From: Bugula neritina | Lineage: Eukaryota; Animalia; Bryozoa | DNA: 64,000 nucleotides | Direction of reading: 5' to 3' | NCBI GenBank assembly: GCA_964035545.1 | Contig: OZ037765.1 | Span: 35,488,080-35,552,079, forward strand | Part shown: positions 62,101 through 64,000 of the stretch, piece after piece | Position numbering within the stretch: position 1 is the stretch's first letter | How the letters are laid out: every line of letters starts with the position of its first letter | The notes under the pieces: generated by a model | The model's input: the letters and a program-made list of their open reading frames with translations, nothing else | What the model was told of the DNA's origin: nothing | The model's database searches: none | Made by a program: the position numbers and the translations under genes

Positions 62101-64000
62101 GTATACTAGTTAGTAGTCAGAGTGTACTAGTTAGTAGTCAGAGTATACTAGTTAGTAGTCAGAGTATACTAGTTAGTAGTCAGAGTATACTAGTTAGTAG
62201 TCAGAGTATATTAGTTAGTAGTCAGAGTATACTAGTTAGTAGTCAGAGTGTACTAGTTAGTAGTCAGAGTATACTAGTTAGTAGTCAGAGTATACTAGTT
62301 AGTAGTCAGAGTATACTAGTTAGTAGTCAGAGTATACTAGTTAGTAGTCAGAGTATACTAGTTAGTAGTCAGAGTATATTAGTTAGTAGTCAGAGTATAC
62401 TAGTTAGTAGTCAGAGTGTACTAGTTAGTAGTCAGAGTATACTAGTTAGTAGTCAGAGTATACTAGTTAGTAGTCAGAGTATACTAGTTAGTAGTCAGAG
62501 TATACTAGTTAGTAGTCAGAGTATATTAGTTAGTAGTCAGAGTATACTAGTTAGTAGTCAGAGTATACTAGTTAGTAGTCAGAGTACACTAGTTAGTAGT
62601 CAGAGTATACTAGTTAGTAGTCAGAGTATACTAGTTAGTAGTCAGAGTATACTAGTTAGTAGTCAGAGTATACTAGTTAGTAGTCAGAGTATATTAGTTA
62701 GTAGTCAGAGTATACTAGTTAGTAGTCAGAGTATACTAGTTAGTAGTCAGAGTATACTAGTTAGTAGTCAGAGTGTACTAGTTAGTAGTCAGAGTGTACT
62801 AGTTAGTAGTCAGAGTATATTAGTTAGTAGTCAGAGTATACTAGTTAGTAGTCAGAGTACACTAGTTAGTAGTCAGAGTGTATTAGTTAGTAGTCAGAGT
62901 GTACTAGTTAGTAGTCAGAGTATACTAGTTAGTAGTCAGAGTATATTAGTTAGTAGTCAGAGTATACTAGTTAGTAGTCAGAGTATACTAGTTAGTAGTC
63001 AGAGTATACTAGTTAGTAGTCAGAGTATACTAGTTAGTAGTCAGAGTATACTAGTTAGTAGTCAGAGTATACTAGTTAGTAGTCAGAGTGTATTAGTTAG
63101 TAGTCAGAGTATATTAGTTAGTAGTCAGAGTATACTAGTTAGTAGTCAGAGTACACTAGTTAGTAGTCAGAGTACATTAGTTAGTAGTCAGAGTATACTA
63201 GTTAGTAGTCAGAGTATACTAGTTAGTAGTCAGAGTGTACTAGTTAGTAGTCAGAGTGTACTAGTTAGTAGTCAGAGTATACTAGTTAGTAGTCAGAGTA
63301 TACTAGTTAGTAGTCAGAGTATACTAGTTAGTAGTCAGAGTATACTAGTTAGTAGTCAGAATGTACTAGTTAGTAGTCAGAGTGTATTAGTTAGTAGTCA
63401 GAGTATACTAGTTAGTAGTCAGAGTATATTAGTTAGTAGTCAGAGTATACTAGTTAGTAGTCAGAGTATACTAGTTAGTAGTCAGAGTATATTAGTTAGT
63501 AGTCAGAGTATACTAGTTAGTAGTCAGAGTATACTAGTTAGTAGTCAGAGTATACTAGTTAGTAGTCAGAGTACACTAGTTAGTAGTCAGAGTATATTAG
63601 TTAGTAGTCAGAGTATACTAGTTAGTAGTCAGAGTATACTAGTTAGTAGTCAGAGTATACTAGTTAGTAGTCAGAGTGTACTAGTTAGTAGTCAGAGTAT
63701 ACTAGTTAGTAGTCAGAGTACACTAGTTAGTAGTCAGAGTATATTAGTTAGTAGTCAGAGTATACTAGTTAGTAGTCAGAGTGTACTAGTTAGTAGTCAG
63801 AGTATATTAGTTAGTAGTCAGAGTATACTAGTTAGTAGTCAGAGTATACTAGTTAGTAGTCAGAGTATACTAGTTAGTAGTCAGAGTATACTAGTTAGTA
63901 GTTAGAGTATACTAGTTAGTAGTCAGAGTGTACTAGTTAGTAGTCAGAGTGTACTAGTTAGTAGTCAGAGTATACTAGTTAGTAGTCAGAGTGTACTAGT
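59118..64000. repeat. 21-bp satellite (agtatactagttagtagtcag), over 4.8 kb, in the last intron of the FYVE gene
   Basis: More than 230 copies running to the window end; starts ~15 nt from the acceptor. Confidence 0.97.

Overview
Eukaryotic (invertebrate-like), AT-rich, repeat-dense genomic DNA with spliceosomal genes; no prokaryotic features. Left third (1-25 kb): the 5' part of a minus-strand LRR gene (coding exons 12603-12627, 9768-9996, 4826-4969) in a field of transposable elements. These are a BEL/Pao gag-protease remnant split by a hAT-type foldback element with an 8-bp TSD, an RTE fragment, a Penelope-like element followed by a hammerhead-ribozyme repeat, a Gypsy element, a MULE-like element with a 9-bp TSD, and relic LRR exons. 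Centre (26030-49570, minus): a complete 24-exon VWA/Cache-domain gene (CACHD1/alpha2delta-like, about 1254 aa by manual reconstruction) with a pair of 71-nt mutually exclusive exons in the VWA domain. It lies head-to-head with a complete 10-exon HCN channel gene (50446-58293, plus, about 1143 aa). The last exon of a FYVE-domain gene (rabaptin-5-like) follows on the minus strand. The most striking pattern is that most introns carry their own private minisatellite, and several units are copies of the adjacent exon-intron junction, giving arrays of up to ~36 duplicated splice sites. All gene models were built by eye from GT-AG sites, phase continuity and recalled family motifs; no database search was run.
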